Under the pieces are notes generated by a model. That model did not search any database and had not been told where the DNA came from. It was given only the letters and a program-made list of their open reading frames with translations. Of a stretch of 64,000 bases of DNA, positions 9,178-18,423 are shown piece by piece (within the stretch, counting starts at the first letter, position 1; the number at the start of each line of letters is the position of its first letter). This DNA is from Armatimonadota bacterium (GTDB lineage: Bacteria; Armatimonadota; UBA5829; DSUL01): assembly GCA_039811685.1 (NCBI GenBank), contig JBDHZC010000001.1, positions 864,001-928,000 of the forward strand. Direction: 5' to 3'. Position numbers and translations under genes: made by a program.

Positions 9178-11316
9178 TCAGGCGACTGTCTCCAGGAGCT
9201 GCTCGCGGTACTTGCGAGCGACAACTTCCCGAATGCCGCGATGCTCCTGTTTTTTCAGGTGCGGGTCGGAAGCGACGATCTCCGCCGCTTTTGCCCTGCT
9301 AATCTCAAGAATTGGCACATCTCGAATCACGTCAGCGATCTTGAACGCTGGCAGCCCAGACTGCTTCGTGCCAAAAAACTCTCCAGGACCCCGAATCAGC
9401 AGGTCCTGCTCCGCAATCTGAAAGCCATCGTTGGTTGACTCCATAACCGCCATGCGCTGAGACGAATCTTCTGAGGTAGTGTCCGACAAAAGCACGCAAA
9501 AAGCCTGCTGATCTGAGCGCCCCACCCTCCCGCGAAGCTGATGCAGTTGCGCCAGCCCGTAGCGCTCCGCATTTTCGACCACTATGACGTTGGCCCCGGG
9601 CACGTCCACGCCAACTTCAACGACGGTGGTGGCCACCAGCACATCGCAGGTATGAGCGCGGAAAGCCTCAATGGCGGCCTGCTTTTCGTCGCGCTTCATC
9701 TGCCCGTGAAGAAGTCCCACCCTGTACTCGGGAAAGACATTTTGCTGGAGATCTTCGGCCAGATCGCTGGCGGCGCGCGCCATCACTTTCTCAGAATCCG
9801 AAACAAGCGGGCACACGACAAAGGCCTGCCCGCCCTTCTGAAGAATAGAGCGCACACCCTCATAGACCCGAGAGCGCTGCTGGAGTGGCTTGTGGTGTGT
9901 CTTTACCGGCTTTCGACCGGAGGGAAGCTCATCGAGTATGGAAATGTCCAGGTCGCCGTACACTGTCATAGTCAGTGTTCTTGGAATCGGTGTGGCTGTC
10001 ATGACGAGCATGTCCGGGTTCTCCCCCTTCTGCCTCAGCGCGGCGCGCTGCTTCACACCGAATTTGTGCTGCTCATCAACAACAACCAGCCCAAGGCGGT
10101 AGAAATTGACACCCTCCTGAACCAGCGCATGTGTTCCGATGAGAATATCCGTATGCCCCGCCTCAAGGCTCGCGAGGGCGTTGCGCTTGAGCTTGACGGG
10201 CATGCTCCCGAACAGAACATCCACGCGAAGCCCCAAATCTTCAGCGAGGCGCTCGACGTTGAAGAAGTGTTGCTCGGCCAGAACTTCAGTCGGCGCCATC
10301 AACGCGCTCTGGTAGCCATTTCGCGACGCCAGCAACATAGCGCCCAGCGCGACCACAGTTTTTCCGGAACCAACGTCTCCCTGAACCAGCCGGTTCATCG
10401 GGTGCGGGCGGCCCATGTCCGCCCATATTTCCGTGATCACACGCTTCTGAGCGTTCGTGAGAATGAATGGGAGCGTACGCTGCAGAGCGCCAAGCGCGCC
10501 TGGGTCCGCCTTGAAAGCAATACCCTGAAGCCCCTCACCCTCAGCGTGCCTCATCTGAGCCAGCGCCACCTGCAGATACAGAAACTCCTCAAATACCAGC
10601 CGCCTTCGCGCGGCAGCGTTCTCTTCTTCGGACTGTGCCCAGTGAATGGCCCGGTGCGCGGACACAACGTCCATCAGATTCAGATCCGAGCGCAACTGCG
10701 TGGACAAGTTTTCTGGCATATCTTGTACATACTGCTGCACACATCTCTGAAGAAGCTGGCGCATTCTGGTCTGGGTGAGTCCCTCCGTCAGACGATAGAC
10801 AGGGACAAACCGGCCATACGACCAGGGGTCAGAGTCACCCTCGGCAAGCACTTCTACATCCGGTGCGTTCATTTCAGAGCCGAACTGCCCGTAGCGCACC
10901 TGGCCATAGACGATGATTTCAGAGCCACGCAGTCTGACAAAGCGCTCTTTCAACCACGACTGGTTGAAAAAAACAAGGACCAGCGTCCCCGTTTCATCTT
11001 CCGCTGCCACGCGTATGATGTTCAGCCGGCGGCGAGCAGCCTGGCGGGCGTCCACGTCGGTCACGCGTAGCCGCAGAGTGGCATACTGCCCATCGCGCAG
11101 GCGAGAGACACACTCCAGACGGGTTCGATCTTCATAGCGCGCGGGGTAATACTCCAGAAGGTCGCGCACAGTGTGAATGTCGAGTTTCTCGAGCGTGCGG
11201 GCGAGTGAAGGCCCGACCCCTTTCAAAAACTGAACATTCGTTTCAAGACTACCAGAAGATCGGTGGCCTGGAGCGTGAGAGGGCGATAGTTGTGTGCCCG
11301 GAGCAGAACTGCGCAT
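9178..11316 (-). CDS. recG: ATP-dependent DNA helicase RecG
   Basis: QGDVGSGKT, DEQH, TATPIPR, QLRGRVGR, RGPGE. Confidence 0.97.
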   Translation of the reverse strand: MRSSAPGTQLSPSHAPGHRSSGSLETNVQFLKGVGPSLARTLEKLDIHTVRDLLEYYPARYEDRTRLECVSRLRDGQYATLRLRVTDVDARQAARRRLNIIRVAAEDETGTLVLVFFNQSWLKERFVRLRGSEIIVYGQVRYGQFGSEMNAPDVEVLAEGDSDPWSYGRFVPVYRLTEGLTQTRMRQLLQRCVQQYVQDMPENLSTQLRSDLNLMDVVSAHRAIHWAQSEEENAAARRRLVFEEFLYLQVALAQMRHAEGEGLQGIAFKADPGALGALQRTLPFILTNAQKRVITEIWADMGRPHPMNRLVQGDVGSGKTVVALGAMLLASRNGYQSALMAPTEVLAEQHFFNVERLAEDLGLRVDVLFGSMPVKLKRNALASLEAGHTDILIGTHALVQEGVNFYRLGLVVVDEQHKFGVKQRAALRQKGENPDMLVMTATPIPRTLTMTVYGDLDISILDELPSGRKPVKTHHKPLQQRSRVYEGVRSILQKGGQAFVVCPLVSDSEKVMARAASDLAEDLQQNVFPEYRVGLLHGQMKRDEKQAAIEAFRAHTCDVLVATTVVEVGVDVPGANVIVVENAERYGLAQLHQLRGRVGRSDQQAFCVLLSDTTSEDSSQRMAVMESTNDGFQIAEQDLLIRGPGEFFGTKQSGLPAFKIADVIRDVPILEISRAKAAEIVASDPHLKKQEHRGIREVVARKYREQLLETVA

Positions 11317-11569
11317 GGCTCATTATTATAGCGCTGAGGCGATGCTCAGGTCTATTGTAAGTTTTGGAGGATATGCAGGCATCTTGACGCAACAGGGAAC
11401 GAACCAGACAACCTCCTACGCTGTTGTAATGGTATCAGGCGTAAACGTTTGACTGAGATTTGGAGTCTAAACGATTATCTGGGCAAACCTGTCCGCACCC
11501 GGGAGAATCCGCGGACAGGCGAGCTTCAGAGAGTCCAATGCCGGGGGAAATACCTGTTGTTGTCCACAA

Positions 11570-12226
11570 ATGGGAACCACCCCAAAACGAGCGCGCGTAA
11601 GAGAGGATGTGGAACTCACCGTGACCGACAAAACTGAAGCTCTAACAAAAGCTGTTGGCGATGAGCGCACAAGCGGGCATCAGAGGGAGTTTGAGCAGTT
11701 AGTCAGGCGACACAGCGCGGCCGCGTTCAACGTAGCCTATCGAATGACGGGCAATCGATCAGATGCAGAGGATCTGACCCAGGAGACGTTCCTGCGGGCG
11801 TTCAGATTCTTTGGCAACTATCGCCGCGACTATCCATTCGAGAGCTGGCTTTACAAGATAATGTCCAACCTCTGGATCGACACGCTGCGCAGGCGTCCAA
11901 AAGCAGGAATGCCGGTTTCGCTGGATCAGCCTGTTGGGCCAGATCAGCAGACTATGGACTTCCCGGACGACGAGCCAACGCCTGAGACCCAGCTTTTGGA
12001 GAGCACGCTGGATCACAGAGTACAGAAAGCGCTGGACGGGCTGTCCAGGCCGTTCCGTACAGCCGTCATACTGGCCGATATTGAGGGGCTCTCTTACGAA
12101 GAGATCGCCGATATTATGAAGTGCTCAATCGGAACGGTGAGATCACGAATACACCGTGGACGCCGATCCATGAGACAGAAACTCGGCAGCATGGAGGATT
12201 TCCTGGAAGAGAAGAGCCGGGAGTAG
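11570..12226 (+). CDS. ECF RNA polymerase sigma factor (start may be GTG 11609 or 11621)
   Basis: DAEDLTQETFLRA region 2; GLSYEEIA...GTVRSRIHRGR region 4. Confidence 0.94.
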   Translation: MGTTPKRARVREDVELTVTDKTEALTKAVGDERTSGHQREFEQLVRRHSAAAFNVAYRMTGNRSDAEDLTQETFLRAFRFFGNYRRDYPFESWLYKIMSNLWIDTLRRRPKAGMPVSLDQPVGPDQQTMDFPDDEPTPETQLLESTLDHRVQKALDGLSRPFRTAVILADIEGLSYEEIADIMKCSIGTVRSRIHRGRRSMRQKLGSMEDFLEEKSRE

Positions 12227-12255
12227 AGCGCGAGGGCGGCGAGGACGCAAAGACT

Positions 12256-12828
12256 ATGAATTGTGGACGAATTGACAGATTAATATCCGCTTACCTTGAC
12301 GGAGAGCTCTCTGGTATCGAAATGATGCTGGTGCGTGATCACGTTCGAAACTGCCAGGCGTGCGAAGCGTTGCTGGAAAGTGAGAGACGCTTGAAGCAGG
12401 TGCTGTCGAGGCTGTCACCGGTCCGACCGGCGGCTGGCTTTGAAGCGAGGCTCCTGGAGTCTCTGAACTACGCGCAGATACCCTTTACTCACAAGGCATG
12501 GCAGTGGCTCCAGCTTCATCTGTTCGGGCGCATTGAACCTGCGCGCGCCGCTGTGTTTGGCTGTGCCGTGCTGCTGCTGGTGGCTCTTGGACACTTTCCT
12601 CAGTATGGGGAGTGGAACGACGCCTTCGGCGAAAGACAGCGCTCAGCCAGTCTGGTGTCGGCGTTCCAGACGCCAGAACACGGTTCAGGTTTTGTTTCTG
12701 TGGCGGATATGGTCACACACCCTGAGCCCGCAATCACGCCATTTGCGCGGCGTAGCGTAGTGCATTCGGACGCACGGAGTCAAGGCGGCTTCTCTGTCTC
12801 GCTCGTAAGCGGGATGGTCGGCGAGTAA
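12256..12828 (+). CDS. Zinc-finger (zf-HC2) membrane anti-sigma factor
   Basis: SAYLDGEL...HVRNCQAC motif plus one TM segment; follows the ECF sigma gene. Confidence 0.9.
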   Translation: MNCGRIDRLISAYLDGELSGIEMMLVRDHVRNCQACEALLESERRLKQVLSRLSPVRPAAGFEARLLESLNYAQIPFTHKAWQWLQLHLFGRIEPARAAVFGCAVLLLVALGHFPQYGEWNDAFGERQRSASLVSAFQTPEHGSGFVSVADMVTHPEPAITPFARRSVVHSDARSQGGFSVSLVSGMVGE

Positions 12829-12855
12829 CACAACGAATAACGGAGGAATCCACTG

Positions 12856-14340
12856 TTGTCTAAAGGGGTGTTCAAACTAACTCCTCAAGTCGCAGGAGTC
12901 GTGTCTGCGGCAATTCTGGGTGTAAGCCTGGTAGGTGGCGCTGCGCTCATTGCTCCGAAAATGCAAACGGGTACGGCAACCGCTGCAACCGCTACGGTAG
13001 CGCCAGAGCTACTTCAGTTACAGAATAGCTTCAGCGCTCTGGCTACTCAGGTTGAGCCTTCTGTTGTAAGCATTACGGCGGAGCGTAAGGTCAATGTAAG
13101 CTCAGGCATTCCTGACATTTTCCGCAATTTCCCATTTGGAAATGTGCCAGCTCCGCGCACCCGTTCCCGCACGCAGACCGTCGGAGGGTCGGGCGTAATT
13201 GTCAGATCAGATGGCTACATCCTTACGAATGACCACGTCGTGGGTGGAATGGACAACGTTGAGGTTAAGCTCGACGATGGCCGCAAGTTTCCAGGAAAGG
13301 TCCTGCGGGACTATGCTACCGATCTGGCTGTTGTGAAGATTGACGCGACAAACCTTCCCGCTGCGACACTTGCAGATTCGTCCAAAGTGAAGCCAGGCAA
13401 CTGGGCGATAGCCATTGGCAGCCCATTTGGCCTGTCCAACACTCTGACAGTCGGCGTTGTCAGCGCTCTGGAGCGTGAGAACGTAATTCCAGATTCGCAG
13501 GGCGGAGCGCGCTACTACGCCAGCCTGATTCAGACAGATGCCGCGATCAATCCGGGTAACAGCGGCGGACCGCTCCTGGATATTACGGGGAAGGTCATCG
13601 GCATCAACGTGATGATTGAATCCCCGTCCGGTGCGAACGCCGGTATTGGATTTGCGATTCCAAGCAATACCGCCCGCTTTGTGATGGATCAGTTGATCGC
13701 CAAAGGCAAAGTTGTGCGGGGCTACCTTGGCGTGGCTCCGAGTGATGTCGAACCGGCCGACGCGAAGCGCTACAAAGTGGAAAAAGGCGCGATAGTCAGC
13801 AGTGTTACGGACGATACACCGGCGAGCAAAGCTGGCATGCAGGTGGAAGACGTTATTGTCGAATTTAACGGTAAGCCCATCAAGGATGCGTTGAGCCTGC
13901 GCGAGATGGTCGCGCGCACTGAGCCGGGGACAAAAGCCGCCGTAGTTGTCGTGCGCAATGGAGAGCGCAAGACCTTGAATGTAACGGTTGGGACCTTCCC
14001 GGATCAGAACCCTTCCGGTGACTCTGAATCTACCACCGTTGGCAACAGGGAGACCCTGGGGGTAAGCGTTCAGTCACTGACTGCAGATATGCGCTCCCAG
14101 CTTGGGCTGGGCGCTAATGTTAAGGGCGTAGTAGTGTCGGATGTAGACTCCAGCGGGCCTGCGGCGGAAGCGGGGCTTCAGCAGGGAGACGTCATCCAAA
14201 AAGTCGATCAGAAGCCAGTCACTACGCCTGCAGAATTTCGCACGGCTGTGAAGAATCTGAAACCAGGTGACACGACCATTCTGGTGGTCAGGCGCAAGGA
14301 CAGCGTCCGCGCTGTCGAAGTGAATATTCCGCGCGAGTAG
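12856..14340 (+). CDS. degP: HtrA/DegP/DegQ serine protease with two PDZ domains
   Basis: TNDHV, DLAV, INPGNSGG triad; two PDZ repeats; N-terminal signal/TM. Confidence 0.93.
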   Translation: MSKGVFKLTPQVAGVVSAAILGVSLVGGAALIAPKMQTGTATAATATVAPELLQLQNSFSALATQVEPSVVSITAERKVNVSSGIPDIFRNFPFGNVPAPRTRSRTQTVGGSGVIVRSDGYILTNDHVVGGMDNVEVKLDDGRKFPGKVLRDYATDLAVVKIDATNLPAATLADSSKVKPGNWAIAIGSPFGLSNTLTVGVVSALERENVIPDSQGGARYYASLIQTDAAINPGNSGGPLLDITGKVIGINVMIESPSGANAGIGFAIPSNTARFVMDQLIAKGKVVRGYLGVAPSDVEPADAKRYKVEKGAIVSSVTDDTPASKAGMQVEDVIVEFNGKPIKDALSLREMVARTEPGTKAAVVVVRNGERKTLNVTVGTFPDQNPSGDSESTTVGNRETLGVSVQSLTADMRSQLGLGANVKGVVVSDVDSSGPAAEAGLQQGDVIQKVDQKPVTTPAEFRTAVKNLKPGDTTILVVRRKDSVRAVEVNIPRE

Positions 14341-14366
14341 AAAAGGACAAAAATCCAGAAAGGGTG

Positions 14367-14402
14367 AAGCCCGCTCCGAAGATTCTCGGGGCGGGCTTTT
14401 TT
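14367..14402 (+). terminator. Rho-independent terminator after degP
   Basis: AAGCCCGCTCCGA-AGATTC-TCGGGGCGGGCTT stem followed by a T-tract. Confidence 0.85.
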
Positions 14403-14512
14403 GTGTGAACTCTGCAAGCGCGCCTTCAGCTTCCCCGTCATAGATGTATCCTGTGACAAGGTCTTCAGGCTCTCTCGCACCGGAGGCGCGATGCCCGGCA
14501 AACGCGATAAAA

Positions 14513-15775
14513 TCAGAGAGCAGCAGGGGCTGAAGAGACAGGGCTTCCGGAAGCGGCGCGCTCTGCACTCAGAGCAGAAAACGGCTCCAGCGCGCGGTCG
14601 AGAATACCGTGAACTTTCGCGAGAGCGACGCCATAGTTCGTCATCGGCACTCCGAACTGGGCGGCCTCATGTTGTCGCCAGATCATCTCGCGGCGATTCA
14701 ACATACAGCCGCCGCAATGCACGATCAGATCGTAGCTTGAAACGTCATCGGGAAAATCGCGTCCTTTGGCAAAGCCGAACTCCAGCTCTGCGCCAACAAA
14801 CTTTCTCAGTGACCGGGGAATTTGCACTTTACCGATGTCGTCCGGCTGAGAATGGTGAGTGCAGGCTTCGGCGATGAGGACGCGACTTCCTGCGTGCAGA
14901 CTGTCTATCGCCTGTGCGCCCTGCACGAACATGTCGAGATCTCCGCGGTAGCGCGCCATGAGGATTGAAAAACTCGTCAGTCGGACCCCAGGTGGCGTGT
15001 CTTCGGCTACCTTCTGAAAGGCTTGCGAATCCGTAATGACGAGCGCTGGCGGTTCTTTCAAGCGCCCAAGAGCGTCCGTAAGCTCGCTTTCCCGTACGAC
15101 TACTGACAAAGCCCGCCTGTCAAGAACATCCCGAATCGTCATAACCTGCGGAAGGATGAGGCGGCCTTTCGGAGCGGCGTCATCAATAGGCGTCACGAGA
15201 ATCACGAGGTCGCCACGGGAGACCAGCCCGTCAAGAATTGTCGTGTCTCCAAATCCGGACGGAGCGTGGGAAATCAACAGGCCCTTCAAAGCTTCGACAT
15301 TGGTGCGATGCAGCGCGCTGAGCGCCACAAACGGCAGTCCCTGCGACTGCGCCCAGGCATCCCACACATCAGGTGACGCCTGGTCAGTCTTGTTGGCGAC
15401 GGCTATCAGCGGTATCTTAGCGTCAGCCAGGCGCTTGACGAGCGCATCCTCCCACTCTCCGGGTTGCTGTGACGAGTCCATAACCAGGACCGCCAGATCG
15501 GTGCGATCCAGAACTCTCATAGACTTCTCTATTCGCTTCTGCCCGAGCGCACCCGTATCATCCAGCCCGGCGGTGTCCGTGATCACCACCGGGCCAAGGG
15601 GCAGAATTTCCATCGCCTTTGCGACCGGATCTGTCGTCGTTCCAGCCACTTCGGAGACGATGGCGACGTCCTGTCCGGTCAGCGCGTTGATAAGACTGGA
15701 TTTTCCGCTGTTGCGCCGCCCGAAGATGCTGATATGCAGGCGCTCTCCAGACGGAGTCTGCTGAAGACTGCTCAC
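14513..15775 (-). CDS. hydF: [FeFe]-hydrogenase maturation GTPase
   Basis: GRRNSGKSS, DTAG, NKTD; EACTHH...HCGGC cluster ligands; GTG start with AAGGAG. Confidence 0.96.
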   Translation of the reverse strand: MSSLQQTPSGERLHISIFGRRNSGKSSLINALTGQDVAIVSEVAGTTTDPVAKAMEILPLGPVVITDTAGLDDTGALGQKRIEKSMRVLDRTDLAVLVMDSSQQPGEWEDALVKRLADAKIPLIAVANKTDQASPDVWDAWAQSQGLPFVALSALHRTNVEALKGLLISHAPSGFGDTTILDGLVSRGDLVILVTPIDDAAPKGRLILPQVMTIRDVLDRRALSVVVRESELTDALGRLKEPPALVITDSQAFQKVAEDTPPGVRLTSFSILMARYRGDLDMFVQGAQAIDSLHAGSRVLIAEACTHHSQPDDIGKVQIPRSLRKFVGAELEFGFAKGRDFPDDVSSYDLIVHCGGCMLNRREMIWRQHEAAQFGVPMTNYGVALAKVHGILDRALEPFSALSAERAASGSPVSSAPAAL

Positions 15776-15776
15776 G

Positions 15777-17249
15777 TCAGTGCTCCTTATAGGGCGACAC
15801 AGGCGGCCCATCTGCATGCGTCTGCCGCCCCGGAGTGCCGGGCCGCGTCATCTGCCCTGGTGAAAGAATGCGAGCAAGCTCCTCTTCTGTAAGATAACCA
15901 CGCTCGAGAGCGACTTCCCGGACACTTCTCCCCTGCAATCCCGCCTCGCGCGCCACTTCTGTCGCTTTTTCGTAACCAATGTGCCCGGTCAACGCAGTGG
16001 CAAGACTCAAAGCCCCTTCAGCGAACTTCTCACAGCGCTGGCGATTGGCGACAATTCCGCGGATACAGTGGTCGGAGAAAAGCTTCGCAGCGCCGCGCAA
16101 CAGATCGAGGCAGCGCATAAGATTGTGAGCCATCGCCGGCACAAAAGCGTTCAGTTCCAGTTGTCCGTTCTGAGCTGCCAGCGTGATCGCGAGATCGCAT
16201 GCCTGAATCTGAATGGCAGCCTGAGCAACGGCCTCTGGAATCACTGGATTCACCTTACCTGGCATGATGGAGGAGCCCGCCTGAATCTCTGGCAGACCTA
16301 TCTCGGCAAAACCGGCGCGCGGACCGCTGGAAAGCAAACGCAGATCGGCGGATATCTTCATCAGGTTGACCGCCGCGGATTTTATGAGACCGGAGATCTC
16401 AGCAAATACGTCACAGTTCTGGGTGACGTCAACCATGTTTTCGGAGCGGACTATCGGCAGTCCAGTCAAGTCGCGCAGAATGTCAGAGGCGATGTAGATG
16501 TAGTGGGTGTTTGCGTTAATGCCTGTACCTACCGCCGTCCCGCCCAGATTGACCTGACGCAGTCTTTCGCCGACATTGTTAAGCCTCCACCAGTCCCGCT
16601 TAACAGCTTCAGCCCATGCTCCAAACTCCTGTCCGAGGGTAACAGGCACGGCGTCCTGCATTTCCGTTCTGCCAATCTTCAGGACATCGGCGAACTCCAC
16701 TTCTTTTTGCCGCAGGGCGTCCTGAAGGTCAGTTATCGCCTGCATCACCCCATCGAGAAGCCACAAACCGGCCACACGGACGGCAGTTGGAAACACATCG
16801 TTCGTGGACTGAGAGAGATTTACGTCGTCAAGAGGGTGAATGACGGAGTAATCGCCAAGAGCTCCTCCGAGGCGCTCGATGGCGCGGTTTGCGAGCACCT
16901 CATTCATATTCATGTTGGCTGAGGTTCCCGCCCCGCCCTGCAGCGCGTCTGTAAGGAACTGATCGTGGAGTTGACCGGAAGCTACGTCTTCGGCCGCTGC
17001 CGCAATTGCGTCAGCTTTTTCTGCGCTAAGGAGCCCGACGCGTTTGTTAGCCAGAGCGCACGCTTTTTTCACCAGCGCGAGAGCGCGAATCAGTTCAGGA
17101 TGAAGTCCCTCTCCGGCAAGGTGAAACACGCGGGATGAGCGCAAGGTATGGATGCCCCAGTAGACGTCGGCCGGCACCTCCAGACTTCCCAGTAAGTCAC
17201 TTTCGACGCGCACGTCCCGCTGTAGCTCATCCTGCGACTGCGTTGGCAT
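15777..17249 (-). CDS. aspA: Aspartate ammonia-lyase
   Basis: GGAGTSANMN, GRTEMQDA, GSSIMPGKVNP signature. Confidence 0.9.
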   Translation of the reverse strand: MPTQSQDELQRDVRVESDLLGSLEVPADVYWGIHTLRSSRVFHLAGEGLHPELIRALALVKKACALANKRVGLLSAEKADAIAAAAEDVASGQLHDQFLTDALQGGAGTSANMNMNEVLANRAIERLGGALGDYSVIHPLDDVNLSQSTNDVFPTAVRVAGLWLLDGVMQAITDLQDALRQKEVEFADVLKIGRTEMQDAVPVTLGQEFGAWAEAVKRDWWRLNNVGERLRQVNLGGTAVGTGINANTHYIYIASDILRDLTGLPIVRSENMVDVTQNCDVFAEISGLIKSAAVNLMKISADLRLLSSGPRAGFAEIGLPEIQAGSSIMPGKVNPVIPEAVAQAAIQIQACDLAITLAAQNGQLELNAFVPAMAHNLMRCLDLLRGAAKLFSDHCIRGIVANRQRCEKFAEGALSLATALTGHIGYEKATEVAREAGLQGRSVREVALERGYLTEEELARILSPGQMTRPGTPGRQTHADGPPVSPYKEH

Positions 17250-17292
17250 AACAAAACTCCTTTGGACCGCCTCGATATTTTGTGCTGCCGCT

Positions 17293-18423
17293 TCAACTCT
17301 CCACATCCTGCCGCAAGGACTCCAATGCCGTGCTGGCCGGGTGAAGCTCACACTTTTTCGGCGAGTCTCCCCTGTCTCTGGCTATTTTGCGTCCAATTGA
17401 GGCGATACGAAACTCCAGACAGCCCTGACACAGCGTGGGGTCTTCGTTGATGCAGCGTTTGTTTGGGTAGATGGCATACAGTTCACGGCGGCCAACTGGA
17501 GTCCAGTTTGGCATGAGAACATTGGCGCCCGCCTGCAACGCTTTTTCCCGTCCGTACTCATCAATTGTGCCCATGGCTGTCGTGGCAGGAATCAACGAGT
17601 TCCGGGTTACGATGCGGCCGAGCGCGACACACTTCAGCGCCATCTGCAGTGTCCCACCGGGTTCATCTCCCAGAGGAGTATCCGGGGACGGAATAAACGG
17701 CCCGATTCCAAGCATATCCGGCTGGAAGCATTGCACGAAATCAATGTCCGCTGCCAGATCATCAAGCGTCTGACCTGGGACGCCCACCATAAACCCTATT
17801 CCAACCTGGTACCCGAGAGACTGCAGCTCACGGATGCAGGCCAGCCGCTTTGCAACGCTCGACCCACTGCCAAAAGAGCTGTAAAGGCGGGTGTTGACGG
17901 TCTCGTGCCGCAGAAGATATCTATCCGCTCCGGCCTGCTTCCACAGCGCATAGTCTTCTCTGGGCCGCTCGCCAACTGACAGCGTCAGAGCAACGTCTGC
18001 TTTGCTCTTGATCTCCCAGACAATCTGCGCCAGGACTTCAGCAGAGAACTTCAGATCCTCTCCCGACTGAAGAACCACTGTCCGATAGCCGTGCGCTTCA
18101 AGATCGAGAGCCACATCAACTATCTCGCGCGGGGTAAGGCGATAGCGCTGAACACGCTTGTTGTCCCTGCGCAACCCGCAGTAAGCGCAGTTTTTGCGGC
18201 AGTAGTTGCTGAACTCGACAAGCCCGCGCAGATGGACATCGTCACCGACCTCACAGCTGCGCACCGTATCCGCCGCATGTAGAAGGGCGGAAACATCCTC
18301 CGGGGCTTCCAATGCCAGAAGCGCCCTGATTTCACTCAGGCTGAGATGGCCATTTTCAACGCACTTTGAAAGGAGGGTCTCAAGCGCGACGCCCCCGTTT
18401 GCAGCTACCTCAGAGATAGACAT
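17293..18423 (-). CDS. hydE: [FeFe]-hydrogenase radical SAM maturase HydE
   Basis: CRKNCAYC, LLRHET, C-terminal YPNKRC...CQGC; between hydG and hydF. Confidence 0.93.
   Translation of the reverse strand: MSISEVAANGGVALETLLSKCVENGHLSLSEIRALLALEAPEDVSALLHAADTVRSCEVGDDVHLRGLVEFSNYCRKNCAYCGLRRDNKRVQRYRLTPREIVDVALDLEAHGYRTVVLQSGEDLKFSAEVLAQIVWEIKSKADVALTLSVGERPREDYALWKQAGADRYLLRHETVNTRLYSSFGSGSSVAKRLACIRELQSLGYQVGIGFMVGVPGQTLDDLAADIDFVQCFQPDMLGIGPFIPSPDTPLGDEPGGTLQMALKCVALGRIVTRNSLIPATTAMGTIDEYGREKALQAGANVLMPNWTPVGRRELYAIYPNKRCINEDPTLCQGCLEFRIASIGRKIARDRGDSPKKCELHPASTALESLRQDVES

Noticed and set aside
9541..11070. Long antisense ORFs (also 3507..4526, 23472..24917, 58054..58995 and others)
   Set aside because: Shadow ORFs opposite well-conserved genes in GC-rich DNA, with no motifs.
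11560..11568. TTGTCCACA DnaA-box-like 9-mer
   Set aside because: Single copy, with no origin-like context.
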